DNA of 64,000 bases from Eledone cirrhosa (Eukaryota), in assembly GCA_964016885.1 (NCBI GenBank), contig OZ024743.1:34410001-34474000 (forward strand), read 5' to 3'. The number at the start of each line of letters is the position of its first letter. Positions within the stretch are counted from its first letter, which is position 1. A program made the translations under genes and the position numbers. Below, piece after piece: positions 9,601 to 24,428 of the stretch. The notes under the pieces were generated by a model. That model was given only the letters and a program-made list of their open reading frames with translations. It did not search any database and was not told the origin of the DNA.

Positions 9601-12600
9601 TGCATACAGGTACACATACATATATGCACGTATCAGTTTAGCGGCGCTAACGTCGCTTTGTTCGTTTGTAAACAAACTGAACAGCCTGAATTTATGCCAT
9701 ACGGTGTTAAGGCAACCACGTCACCTTTTTGTTCAACACTGACACAGGAACGATGTACTAGTTTCAAGCTTGTTAGCTATCATCAGCACCGTTTACCCAT
9801 CTGCCAGATAGTTGAACGTTCGAAAGTATATACTTTCCTTATGAAAATTAACGGCTGAGCAGCCTAATTTGCATATTGAGTGAGTTAAATCGGTCAGGCA
9901 TACCGAAAACGATAAATTGAAACAAAATGAAAACGAAATTTCATTTCTCACTCTTAGTATGGCACTTACTTAAATGTAAGTATGCATGTATACGTACATA
10001 CATATATGTATACAGACGTACAGTAGCATGCACATATATATATATATATACATATGCATACAGGTACACATACATATATGCACGTATCAGTTTAGCGGCG
10101 CTAACGTCGCTTTGTTCGTTTGTAAACAAACTGAACAGCCTGAATTTATGCCATACGGTGTTAAGGCAACCACGTCACCTTTTTGTTCAACACTGACACA
10201 GGAACGATGTACTAGTTTCAAGCTTGTTAGCTATCATCAGCACCGTTTACCCATCTGCCAGATAGTTGAACGTTCGAAAGTATATACTTTCCTTATGAAA
10301 ATTAACGGCTGAGCAGCCTAATTTGCATATTGAGTGAGTTAAATCGATCAGGCATACCGAAAACGATAAATTGAAACAAAATGAAAACGAAATTTCATTT
10401 CTCACTCTTAGTATGGCACTTACTTAAATGTAAGTATGCATGTATACGTACATACATATATGTATACAGACGTACAGTAGCATGCACATATATATATATA
10501 TATACATATGCATACAGGTACACATACATATATGCACGTATCAGTTTAGCGGCGCTAACGTCGCTTTGTTCGTTTGTAAACAAACTGAACAGCCTGAATT
10601 TATGCCATACGGTGTTAAGGCAACCACGTCACCTTTTTGTTCAACACTGACACAGGAACGATGTACTAGTTTCAAGCTTGTTAGCTATCATCAGCACCGT
10701 TTACCCATCTGCCAGATAGTTGAACGTTCGAAAGTATATACTTTCCTTATGAAAATTAACGGCTGAGCAGCCTAATTTGCATATTGAGTGAGTTAAATCG
10801 GTCAGGCATACCGAAAACGATAAATTGAAACAAAATGAAAACGAAATTTCATTTCTCACTCTTAGTATGGCACTTACTTAAATGTAAGTATGCATGTATA
10901 CGTACATACATATATGTATACAGACGTACAGTAGCATGCACATATATATATATATATACATATGCATACAGGTACACATACATATATGCACGTATCAGTT
11001 TAGCGGCGCTAACGTCGCTTTGTTCGTTTGTAAACAAACTGAACAGCCTGAATTTATGCCATACGGTGTTAAGGCAACCACGTCACCTTTTTGTTCAACA
11101 CTGACACAGGAACGATGTACTAGTTTCAAGCTTGTTAGCTATCATCAGCACCGTTTACCCATCTGCCAGATAGTTGAACGTTCGAAAGTATATACTTTCC
11201 TTATGAAAATTAACGGCTGAGCAGCCTAATTTGCATATTGAGTGAGTTAAATCGGTCAGGCATACCGAAAACGATAAATTGAAACAAAATGAAAACGAAA
11301 TTTCATTTCTCACTCTTAGTATGGCACTTACTTAAATGTAAGTATGCATGTATACGTACATACATATATGTATACAGACGTACAGTAGCATGCACATATA
11401 TATATATATATACATATGCATACAGGTACACATACATATATGCACGTATCAGTTTAGCGGCGCTAACGTCGCTTTGTTCGTTTGTAAACAAACTGAACAG
11501 CCTGAATTTATGCCATACGGTGTTAAGGCAACCACGTCACCTTTTTGTTCAACACTGACACAGGAACGATGTACTAGTTTCAAGCTTGTTAGCTATCATC
11601 AGCACCGTTTACCCATCTGCCAGATAGTTGAACGTTCGAAAGTATATACTTTCCTTATGAAAATTAACGGCTGAGCAGCCTAATTTGCATATTGAGTGAG
11701 TTAAATCGGTCAGGCATACCGAAAACGATAAATTGAAACAAAATGAAAACGAAATTTCATTTCTCACTCTTAGTATGGCACTTACTTAAATGTAAGTATG
11801 CATGTATACGTACATACATATATGTATACAGACGTACAGTAGCATGCACATATATATATATATATACATATGCATACAGGTACACATACATATATGCACG
11901 TATCAGTTTAGCGGCGCTAACGTCGCTTTGTTCGTTTGTAAACAAACTGAACAGCCTGAATTTATGCCATACGGTGTTAAGGCAACCACGTCACCTTTTT
12001 GTTCAACACTGACACAGGAACGATGTACTAGTTTCAAGCTTGTTAGCTATCATCAGCACCGTTTACCCATCTGCCAGATAGTTGAACGTTCGAAAGTATA
12101 TACTTTCCTTATGAAAATTAACGGCTGAGCAGCCTAATTTGCATATTGAGTGAGTTAAATCGGTCAGGCATACCGAAAACGATAAATTGAAACAAAATGA
12201 AAACGAAATTTCATTTCTCACTCTTAGTATGGCACTTACTTAAATGTAAGTATGCATGTATACGTACATACATATATGTATACAGACGTACAGTAGCATG
12301 CACATATATATATATATATACATATGCATACAGGTACACATACATATATGCACGTATCAGTTTAGCGGCGCTAACGTCGCTTTGTTCGTTTGTAAACAAA
12401 CTGAACAGCCTGAATTTATGCCATACGGTGTTAAGGCAACCACGTCACCTTTTTGTTCAACACTGACACAGGAACGATGTACTAGTTTCAAGCTTGTTAG
12501 CTATCATCAGCACCGTTTACCCATCTGCCAGATAGTTGAACGTTCGAAAGTATATACTTTCCTTATGAAAATTAACGGCTGAGCAGCCTAATTTGCATAT

Positions 12601-15207
12601 TGAGTGAGTTAAATCGGTCAGGCATACCGAAAACGATAAATTGAAACAAAATGAAAACGAAATTTCATTTCTCACTCTTAGTATGGCACTTACTTAAATG
12701 TAAGTATGCATGTATACGTACATACATATATGTATACAGACGTACAGTAGCATGCACATATATATATATATATACATATGCATACAGGTACACATACATA
12801 TATGCACGTATCAGTTTAGCGGCGCTAACGTCGCTTTGTTCGTTTGTAAACAAACTGAACAGCCTGAATTTATGCCATACGGTGTTAAGGCAACCACGTC
12901 ACCTTTTTGTTCAACACTGACACAGGAACGATGTACTAGTTTCAAGCTTGTTAGCTATCATCAGCACCGTTTACCCATCTGCCAGATAGTTGAACGTTCG
13001 AAAGTATATACTTTCCTTATGAAAATTAACGGCTGAGCAGCCTAATTTGCATATTGAGTGAGTTAAATCGATCAGGCATACCGAAAACGATAAATTGAAA
13101 CAAAATGAAAACGAAATTTCATTTCTCACTCTTAGTATGGCACTTACTTAAATGTAAGTATGCATGTATACGTACATACATATATGTATACAGACGTACA
13201 GTAGCATGCACATATATATATATATATACATATGCATACAGGTACACATACATATATGCACGTATCAGTTTAGCGGCGCTAACGTCGCTTTGTTCGTTTG
13301 TAAACAAACTGAACAGCCTGAATTTATGCCATACGGTGTTAAGGCAACCACGTCACCTTTTTGTTCAACACTGACACAGGAACGATGTACTAGTTTCAAG
13401 CTTGTTAGCTATCATCAGCACCGTTTACCCATCTGCCAGATAGTTGAACGTTCGAAAGTATATACTTTCCTTATGAAAATTAACGGCTGAGCAGCCTAAT
13501 TTGCATATTGAGTGAGTTAAATCGGTCAGGCATACCGAAAACGATAAATTGAAACAAAATGAAAACGAAATTTCATTTCTCACTCTTAGTATGGCACTTA
13601 CTTAAATGTAAGTATGCATGTATACGTACATACATATATGTATACAGACGTACAGTAGCATGCACATATATATATATATATACATATGCATACAGGTACA
13701 CATACATATATGCACGTATCAGTTTAGCGGCGCTAACGTCGCTTTGTTCGTTTGTAAACAAACTGAACAGCCTGAATTTATGCCATACGGTGTTAAGGCA
13801 ACCACGTCACCTTTTTGTTCAACACTGACACAGGAACGATGTACTAGTTTCAAGCTTGTTAGCTATCATCAGCACCGTTTACCCATCTGCCAGATAGTTG
13901 AACGTTCGAAAGTATATACTTTCCTTATGAAAATTAACGGCTGAGCAGCCTAATTTGCATATTGAGTGAGTTAAATCGGTCAGGCATACCGAAAACGATA
14001 AATTGAAACAAAATGAAAACGAAATTTCATTTCTCACTCTTAGTATGGCACTTACTTAAATGTAAGTATGCATGTATACGTACATACATATATGTATACA
14101 GACGTACAGTAGCATGCACATATATATATATATATACATATGCATACAGGTACACATACATATATGCACGTATCAGTTTAGCGGCGCTAACGTCGCTTTG
14201 TTCGTTTGTAAACAAACTGAACAGCCTGAATTTATGCCATACGGTGTTAAGGCAACCACGTCACCTTTTTGTTCAACACTGACACAGGAACGATGTACTA
14301 GTTTCAAGCTTGTTAGCTATCATCAGCACCGTTTACCCATCTGCCAGATAGTTGAACGTTCGAAAGTATATACTTTCCTTATGAAAATTAACGGCTGAGC
14401 AGCCTAATTTGCATATTGAGTGAGTTAAATCGGTCAGGCATACCGAAAACGATAAATTGAAACAAAATGAAAACGAAATTTCATTTCTCACTCTTAGTAT
14501 GGCACTTACTTAAATGTAAGTATGCATGTATACGTACATACATATATGTATACAGACGTACAGTAGCATGCACATATATATATATATATACATATGCATA
14601 CAGGTACACATACATATATGCACGTATCAGTTTAGCGGCGCTAACGTCGCTTTGTTCGTTTGTAAACAAACTGAACAGCCTGAATTTATGCCATACGGTG
14701 TTAAGGCAACCACGTCACCTTTTTGTTCAACACTGACACAGGAACGATGTACTAGTTTCAAGCTTGTTAGCTATCATCAGCACCGTTTACCCATCTGCCA
14801 GATAGTTGAACGTTCGAAAGTATATACTTTCCTTATGAAAATTAACGGCTGAGCAGCCTAATTTGCATATTGAGTGAGTTAAATCGGTCAGGCATACCGA
14901 AAACGATAAATTGAAACAAAATGAAAACGAAATTTCATTTCTCACTCTTAGTATGGCACTTACTTAAATGTAAGTATGCATGTATACGTACATACATATA
15001 TGTATACAGACGTACAGTAGCATGCACATATATATATATATATACATATGCATACAGGTACACATACATATATGCACGTATCAGTTTAGCGGCGCTAACG
15101 TCGCTTTGTTCGTTTGTAAACAAACTGAACAGCCTGAATTTATGCCATACGGTGTTAAGGCAACCACGTCACCTTTTTGTTCAACACTTTTGTTCAACAC
15201 TTTTGTT

Positions 15208-15407
15208 CAAAGCGACGTTAGCGCCGCTAAACTGATACGTGCATATATGTATGTGTACCTGTATGCATATGTATATATATATATATATGTGCATGCTACT
15301 GTACGTCTGTATACATATATGTATGTACGTATACATGCATACTTACATTTAAGTAAGTGCCATACTAAGAGTGAGAAATGAAATTTCGTTTTCATTTTGT
15401 TTCAATT

Positions 15408-15410
<3 letters not shown>
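15208..15410 (+). repeat. Inverted 203-bp arm of the 454-bp monomer closing the array
   Basis: Reverse complement of 6734-6936; preceded by a stuttered 13-mer TTTTGTTCAACAC (15175-15210); runs into (TA)n. Confidence 0.95.
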
Positions 15411-15833
<423 letters not shown>

Positions 15834-16699
15834 GCACACTCGCGCGTGTGCACAAACACAGGCACACAGACACACATATGTATATACATACATGTATGTT
15901 TGTGTGTGTAAAATGAATCAAGATAAGTGAAGTAAGTAAATGATAAGAAATATATGAATGAACAGATATACTGAGATGGATTTCCTCTCTTTTACTAATC
16001 GACGCGAGTACAGGAGATAAGAGACTTATTAAAGTGCACTCTCATTTATAACGAACCACTTGTTAAATAGCCGCACATCCGCTACACCTTATTGAAAAAT
16101 CTAGCAACCTTCGAGCCAACGTATGCGCATCTATGTGGTCGTTTGAATGGTTAGAAATAGCAGCCAAATCTCCTTTAAATTACATGTCCTGTCTTTTTCT
16201 TCATTTCCTTCTTCCAGTCACTTTTGTGCGTCAGCGCACCTCTCCTTGTCCTCATCCCCTGTCAATCTTTTCTATATTTCATCTGCCTGTCACCCATATT
16301 GTGGATATGATATACATCACTAAATCACTTCTATCCAGCAATATCACAGTAAAGATACAATCGGTTCAATAAGAGAGTAAAGTGTCAAATTTCAAACTTG
16401 TGGAATGTCTTTCTGTTGACCACTGGCCGCTGGTATCTGTCCTCTGAGGCATTCCCCCCCCCCCCTCCCCATCGCTATCTTTTGACAGCATTTAGCTGTT
16501 TTAACGGTGATGAGTTTTATCCTTTTCATATGTACTCAAATACACTTACGTCTCGTCTCGATCAGAGACGACATTGTTTTACATTAAATAATGCATTATG
16601 AATGTATTTTGGACCTCCGTCGTCTCCATCGACGAGTGTTCCAGTTGTTTCAACAACTGAACAACTTGCTTGAGTGATTGAACCTTCCATAGACAACTG

Positions 16700-17180
16700 T
16701 ATACTTAACGTAATTCTCAGAAAGAGTCAGTATGACACAGTTTGTCACAATGATGGCTTTTTGACTTACATATTTTGCCATGCTGAATGTTTGATGAATA
16801 CATTGTCAAATGAATATTTTTGTAGACTTATCAGGACTAATGTCCTCATTCTGGTTGTATATTCAGCTATTGTATATTCCGGCCATATTCGAAGGTCCGT
16901 TGAATTCAAAAACATGCTGAATATTTGGGCCCGAATTTTTTCATTTAAATCACGGGTATAGATTGTTCTCATTCTGTTGTCTATGCCAGAGATATCCTCA
17001 TATTAGTTATGGTGATGATGTTTGCGCGATATGCTTTAGAGACTGAACTCAGCAAATTAGTAAACTATTGCACATTAAACTGAACTCTTATATTGGCTAT
17101 GCTAATGTCCCGTACGACGGTTAGATGACGGAAATTATGAACTCTGGACTTAACATGTTGGTGATCTAAGGGTTAATTTT
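16700..17180 (+). pseudogene. Highly decayed LINE RT fragment (CR1/L2-like)
   Basis: Motif remnants in the expected order across frames: YDTVCH, LGPNFFI, ISYGDDVC, GDLRV. Confidence 0.4.
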
Positions 17181-17559
17181 CTTTCTTTCTTATTTAAAAA
17201 TGGTAAAGATAATCTTGGTGACACTAGAGATGTTAACAGAAAAAGAACGACACAAAATGTCATTGTATATTTCAAAAGTAGAAAAAAAGATCACTGACTT
17301 ACGAAAAACTTATCACATGTAAACAAAAAAGCAAAGAAAACAAACTACACTCCTCATCAAAAATAAAATAGAAATGACGTCTGAAGAAAATACAAACAGA
17401 ACTCTTCAATAGAACTCGATCACTCTCAAACAAGAATTAAGAGCCTGTCTGAACCTATTCCTCCAGGATCACTATGACAATAACAATATCATCAGATAAG
17501 CAAACAGAAATGATAGTCCTGAGATTAAGAATATAAAATGTTGCAGTGATGTTGAAGGT

Positions 17560-17930
17560 ATATGTATACTTAGTACAAAAGGGGACTTGTGAAATGTCCC
17601 AGTTAAAACCCCAATAGAATATAAACATAACAGATAAGATATTGTGATATGGGATAAAGAAAAGAAGGCATGCAGAGTATTGAAACCAGTGGCCCAGCAA
17701 ATATTACTATAATGCGAAAGATTAGCGAAAACGAGAATATCTAATAAGAAGTCTGATTATACCTTTAGATTTGTACCTGTGGTCATTGGACTCTTGGGTA
17801 TGTTATTAGCCGCCTCAGTTCAAATTTTCAGTAGCTGGTCTTCACAGAATCAGAAAGAGCACGACTAGTAAGGAAGTTGCAAATACAGTCTATTAATGGA
17901 ACTATGAAAATATGTAAAACATTTCAAAAA
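17560..17930 (+). pseudogene. Decayed 3' end of a restriction-like-endonuclease (RLE) non-LTR element
   Basis: Remnants IETSGPANITIMRKISENENI and VPVVIGLLG resemble the PD..D..K RLE domain C-terminus. Confidence 0.4.
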
Positions 17931-18059
17931 TTCAGCAAGTAATGACTGCATATACACATGTGTGGATACAGAGACATATGCACGTGTACACATATACCTC
18001 AACTCATACAGATACACACACGCAATAACAGCATACCTGCAGACATGTACAGACAAACA

Positions 18060-18273
18060 CATACATACATACATACATACATAATACATACATACATACA
18101 TACATACATACATGCATACACACATACATACATACATACATACATACATACATACATACATACATACATACATACATACATACATACATACACACATGCA
18201 TACACACATACATACATACATACATACATACATACATACATACATACATACATACATACATACATACATACAT
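18060..18273. repeat. (CATA)n microsatellite
   Basis: Read directly from the sequence. Confidence 0.95.
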
Positions 18274-19673
18274 GATGGTGCCCTCTCGTTATCGAGTATG
18301 GCAATTGCACAATATAATATTATTAATAATTATCAATTAAGTTATCGTGCAATGCCTGTGCGTAAAGATTTGTTTTTTAAGTGAGGAAAGACTGTGCACT
18401 GAACCAATCCCACTCTCTGAGCGACAGTAGCTATAACCCGAAAAGAAGAAAAGATCAGCATCATCGGTAACTACTGAGCCGCAGGTTTTATATCGGAATT
18501 ATCCCAGTTTCCTGAGTTGCCTTCTCCTAGAAGAATGCCCTGACAAAGGCTAGGGTCCTTCACTCCCAGTGTTTTAACCGCCCGATTATTTCTGTCACCG
18601 CGCATTTATACACATATGTATACTTGCATATATATATATATACATATATACATATATACATATACACATATACACATATATACATATGTATATACATATT
18701 TACACATTTTTGGATGGCCATGGTCTCTTATGAATTCGTCCTGCATACATACACCCACACATACATACATGTATGGTGGCTGCCAACTCGTTTTCGAGTA
18801 CGGCCACTACTTTATATCCATGTAGGAGAACCCCTACCGATGCGCTGAACGAGTGTGACTTTTTAGTCCAGCCAGCGACTTGAAAACTCTGGTACAAACA
18901 CTACACTTGTGACAATTATTGACACATAGTGCTGGGCCCATGGTACCATGTGACGACAAGTGCAGAGAGATCTTCAGATATAAAGCAATGCCTGTGCCGT
19001 GAAGCTTTTATAGTGAGTAAAGGCACTGCACAAAGCCAGTCCCACTCTCTTAACCAAGATGATATTTACCAAAAAGAAGAACAAGTCAACATCATTCGAT
19101 ACCATCATGGTTGCAGGTGTTATATCAGAGTTTTCGTTCTAGAATTCGTCCTTGACAAAGGCTAAGGGGTCATCTCTCCCGGTGATTTTGGATGGCCATT
19201 GACTCTTAAGAGCTCCTTTGCCCTTTGACAGGTTTTGTTTTTAGTCCTGCAGGATGTCCAAAGTGACCCTCCTCACCAAGAAACCTTGGTGGGATTGCCA
19301 GTTTAGTCGCCACCGACCCGACCATGAGACAGGTTGTACTGGGATACATGTTACCAATAGCACCAACTGGTGACCTGACATACATGTATACATACATACA
19401 TACATATATATACATACATACATACAAGTGTGTGAGTGTGAGTGTGATAGGATGTGTGTGCGTGCATATGTGCTTGCGTGCGTTTATGTTTGAATGCAGA
19501 ATCCGTTTGATTAAATATGCGCACTCAGGGAATGTATGTTGTAGTACATATAGGTATATATATATATATATGCAGTTCTACACACACATGCACATATATA
19601 TAGGTATATATATCCAAACATATATCTATCTATCTATCTATCTACCTCTCTCTCTCTCTATATATATATATAC

Positions 19674-19784
<111 letters not shown>

Positions 19785-19807
19785 ATATAAATATATAATA
19801 TATATAT

Positions 19808-19874
<67 letters not shown>

Positions 19875-19929
19875 TTACTTATATATCTATCTATCTATCT
19901 ATCTATCTCTATATATATATCTGTATATG

Positions 19930-20054
<125 letters not shown>

Positions 20055-20267
20055 TTCGTTTCTGAATTTGTTTAGCAAGATTCTTTATCTGAGATCGTGT
20101 GTTGAAACCGATATTGTTATACTTTGGGAGGGTCATGTTGCCAATAAGAAACACACGCACCAGTTGCTTCACTTCAATTTATTATATATTTATAAATTTA
20201 CAAATTTATAAATTTATAAATCTCTGGTTGGTTGGTTGGTTCCACAACCAGATAGTTGTTTATATAT

Positions 20268-20312
20268 AGTCATAGTCCTTTCGTCACACACTCTGCAACC
20301 TCTTCAGTGACT
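20268..20312 (-). ncRNA. Minimal hammerhead, PLE-B left arm
   Basis: AGUCA-CUGAAGA-G-GUUGCA(GAGUG)UGUGAC-GAAA-GGAC-UA/UGACU; 5-bp stem I. Confidence 0.8.
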
Positions 20313-21203
20313 GGGGATTCCTTTCTTTGTTTCTGTGCCTCTCCTTTGTTCTGTCCTACGCCATTTTGTTTCTGTGTGTGTGTTGTGTGCTCAGTTTGCG
20401 CATGCGCCACATCCGGGTGTCTGTGTGTGTTTATGTTCATTTATCTATTTGTTTATTTATTTATTTATTTACATGTTATTGGTTGGTTGTTTGTTCTATG
20501 TGCGTGTGTGTTTTCATTTTGTCCTTAATTGTAAGTTGTGATGTTGCTGTTCCACTCATATTTTCTATTTAATTTTGGTTGTAATTCTTTTATGTTTATT
20601 GCCTCTGTAATTTGTCTAAACATTGCATCTTTTCTGTGTGTAGATTCTATTTTTATTTCTATGTTCTCTAATTTACCCTTGTGTTCTATCTTAGCTTGTT
20701 GGTAGAGTACAGATGATTCTTTATTATCTTGAAGGTCTCGCCAGTGTTCATTTATCCGTTCCCCTATACTACGAGCTGTCTCACCTATGTACACTATATT
20801 TTTGTTTCTACATTGTCCTTCAGTACATCTTATGCTATACACTACATTTCTAGTTTTACAGTTAATATGGGGGTTTAGTTTACAGATTATACATTTCTTA
20901 TCTATACAGGGAGTCTTTGAAAAGGGTATGTCTTGCTAATAAGTGTTTTTATGGATGTACCTGGTCTTTCTACTATCTTAATATTGAGTTTATGTTTATT
21001 TAGGGCCCTTCTAAATTTGTAGGCTAGTTCGCCTCTAGGGGTTGTATCGATGAACATTACACTCTGGTATTTATTGCTATCATACCATGAGTTTATTCTA
21101 TTAGCCTTGTTCCTAGTTCTTTCTATTCTATTCCAAAATTTGCTCCTGTACAAGGGGCAGGTCCCATTTATGTCATTTATGTCATTTATGTCATTATTTA
21201 CCA

Positions 21204-21865
21204 TGGTAAATAATGACATAAATGGGACCTGCCCCTTGTATAGGAGCACATTTTGGAATAGAATAGAAAGAACTAGGAACAAGGCTAATAGAATAAACTC
21301 ATGGTATGATAGCAATAAATACCAGAGTGTAATGTTCATCGATACAACCCCTAGAGGCGAACTAGCCTACAAATTTAGAAGGGCCCTAAATAAACATAAA
21401 CTCAATATTAAGATAGTAGAAAGACCAGGTACCTCCGTAAAAACACTTATTAGCAAGACATACCCTTTTCAAAGACCCTCATGTATAGATAAGAAATGTA
21501 TAACCTGTAAAATAAGCCCCCATATTAACTGTAAAACTAGAAATGTAGTGTATAGCATAAGATGTACTGAAGGACAATGTAGAAACAAAAATATAGTGTA
21601 CATAGGTGAGACAGCTCGTAGTATAGGGGAACGGATAAATGAACACTGGCGAGACCTTCAAGATAATAAAGAATCATCTGTACTCTACCAACATGCTAAG
21701 ATAGAACACAAGGGTAAATTAGAGAACATAGAAATAAAAATAGAATCTACACACAGAAAAGATGCAATGTTTAGACAAATTACAGAGGCAATAAACATAA
21801 AAGAATTACAACCAAAATTAAATAGAAAATATGAGTGGAACAGCAACATCACAACTTACAATTAA
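21204..21865 (+). pseudogene. 5'-truncated PLE-B ORF, GIY-YIG endonuclease domain (right arm; left arm frameshifted)
   Basis: [40 protein letters not shown]. Confidence 0.9.
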
Positions 21866-22077
21866 GGACAAAATGAAAACACACACGCACATAGAACAAA
21901 CAACCAACCAATAACATGTAAATAAATAAATAAATAAACAAATAGATAAATGAACATAAACACACACAGACACCCGGATGTGGCGCTTGCGCAAACTGAG
22001 CACACAACACACACACAGAAACAAAATGGCGTAGGACAGAACAAAGAAGAGGCACAGAAACAAAGAAAGGAATCCCC

Positions 22078-22122
22078 AGTCACTGAAGAGGTCACAGAGT
22101 GTGTGACGAAAGGACTATCACT
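22078..22122 (+). ncRNA. Minimal hammerhead, PLE-B right arm
   Basis: AGUCA-CUGAAGA-G-GUCACA(GAGUG)UGUGAC-GAAA-GGAC-UA/UCACU; one stem I mismatch. Confidence 0.75.
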
Positions 22123-22270
22123 ATATATAAACAACTATCTGGTTGTGAAACCAACCAACCAACCAGAAATTTATAAATTTGTAAATTTATAAATATATAA
22201 TAAATTGAAGTGAAAGCAACTGGTGCGTGTGTTTCTTATTGGCAACATGACCCTCCCAAAGTATAACAAT

Positions 22271-23011
<741 letters not shown>

Positions 23012-23108
23012 TTTCGTTTCTGAATTTGTTTAGCAAGATTTTTTATCTGAAGTCATGTGTTGAAACCGATATTGTTATACTTTGGGCAACATGACCCTCC
23101 CAAAGTAT

Positions 23109-23115
<7 letters not shown>
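23012..23115. mobile_element. Miniature PLE-B fold-back retaining only the two termini
   Basis: 23012-23086 matches 20055-20128; 23085-23115 matches 22241-22270. Confidence 0.85.
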
Positions 23116-23175
<60 letters not shown>

Positions 23176-23242
23176 GTTCTACACACACATACACATATAT
23201 ATAGGTATATATATCCAAACATATATCTATCTATCTATCTAC

Positions 23243-23320
<78 letters not shown>

Positions 23321-23343
23321 CTATGTATATATATATATATATC

Positions 23344-23393
<50 letters not shown>

Positions 23394-23409
23394 TGTGTAT
23401 ATATATATG

Positions 23410-23555
<146 letters not shown>

Positions 23556-23587
23556 AGATCAAAAGATGGTTAAAGGAGTTCCATGTA

Positions 23588-23654
23588 TTTTATTATGCGC
23601 ATTTCAAAAACAAACATCATCATGCAATAATATTTGTGTTTTCATCAGATAAAA
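23588..23654 (-). ncRNA. Type I hammerhead with long stem II, PLE-C left arm
   Basis: Reverse complement of 27200-27266. Confidence 0.85.
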
Positions 23655-24428
23655 CAGGAGAACATGATATGAAGGCTAAAAAACACTTGTGGATAGTGCA
23701 GTTTTAAATCAACATATGAAAAGAGGTTTTAGATTGATGTGTGATATTGGGAAAAAATGTTTTATTTAGAGAGTGGGGGTTGGAAAGGATGAAAAGGGAA
23801 GGAGATGAGAGGGAGAGATGGGTGATAGAGAGAAAGAGATAGTTTTTATAACTGAGAGGAGATATATTTTTTACATAGAGAGGTTGAAAACCGTTGGAAG
23901 ATACTGTATAAATTAAAAATTTTGAAAATTAACGAAGGGAGGATATGTGCGAGGAAAAAATATTTTATTTAGGGAGGGGAGGGGATGAAAAAAAGGGGGA
24001 GGAGATGAGAGTGAAGGTGGAGAGGGAGAGATGGGTGATAGAGAGAAAGAGATAGTTTTTATAACTGAGAAAAAGATATATTGTTTTAACATAGAGAGGT
24101 TGGGAACCGTTGGAAGATAATGTATAAATTAAAGGAATTTGAAAATTAACGAAGGGAAATTATGTATGAGATAGAGAGAAAAAAATAATAAATTAAGGAT
24201 GAAATTGAGATTAAAAAGATTTATGATAGAGAGAAAAAATAATAATGATTGCGGATGAATATTGTATATGTTATGATTTTACAAGGTGAAGATAGAATGA
24301 GGGTAATGAGTAAACAAGTATTATAGAGTGTATAATGCCCTTTAAAGTAAGGTAGATGGGTATATTTTAAAGAGGTGTATGTATATGTGCCTTTGAGAAA
24401 AGATTCTAAATTGATAAAGAATTGAATA

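Larger units (their letters stand above)
6339..15188 (-). mobile_element. Tandem array of a 454-bp hammerhead-bearing monomer (~19.5 units); retrozyme-like non-autonomous retroelement
   Basis: Exact 454-bp period (ORF track repeats every 454 bp); units nearly identical; one hammerhead per 454 bp; the array plus its inverted arm is flanked by (TA)n on both sides. Confidence 0.88.
20055..22270. mobile_element. PLE family B head-to-head fold-back: two ~1.1-kb 3' fragments (GIY-YIG + pLTR), centre 21203/21204
   Basis: Mirror ORFs 20525-21339(-) and 21050-21865(+) homologous to the PLE-A C-terminus ([30 protein letters not shown]); centre TTTACCATGGTAAA; both ends in (TA)n. Confidence 0.95.

Noticed and set aside
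6749-15123. Repeated 89/62/108-aa ORFs as a tandem gene cluster
   Set aside because: Overlapping frames, TA-derived composition and no domain motifs; the unit is better explained as structured RNA
18385-19190. Diverged direct repeats 18385-18590 and 19020-19190 as LTRs
   Set aside because: Low identity, no TG..CA ends or internal coding; probably old dispersed repeat fragments
19205-19380. HDV-like ribozyme on the minus strand (..GTCGGTGGCGACTAAACTGG) in a LINE-5'UTR-like repeat
   Set aside because: Could not build consistent P1/P2/P3 pairing by eye; needs a covariance-model search
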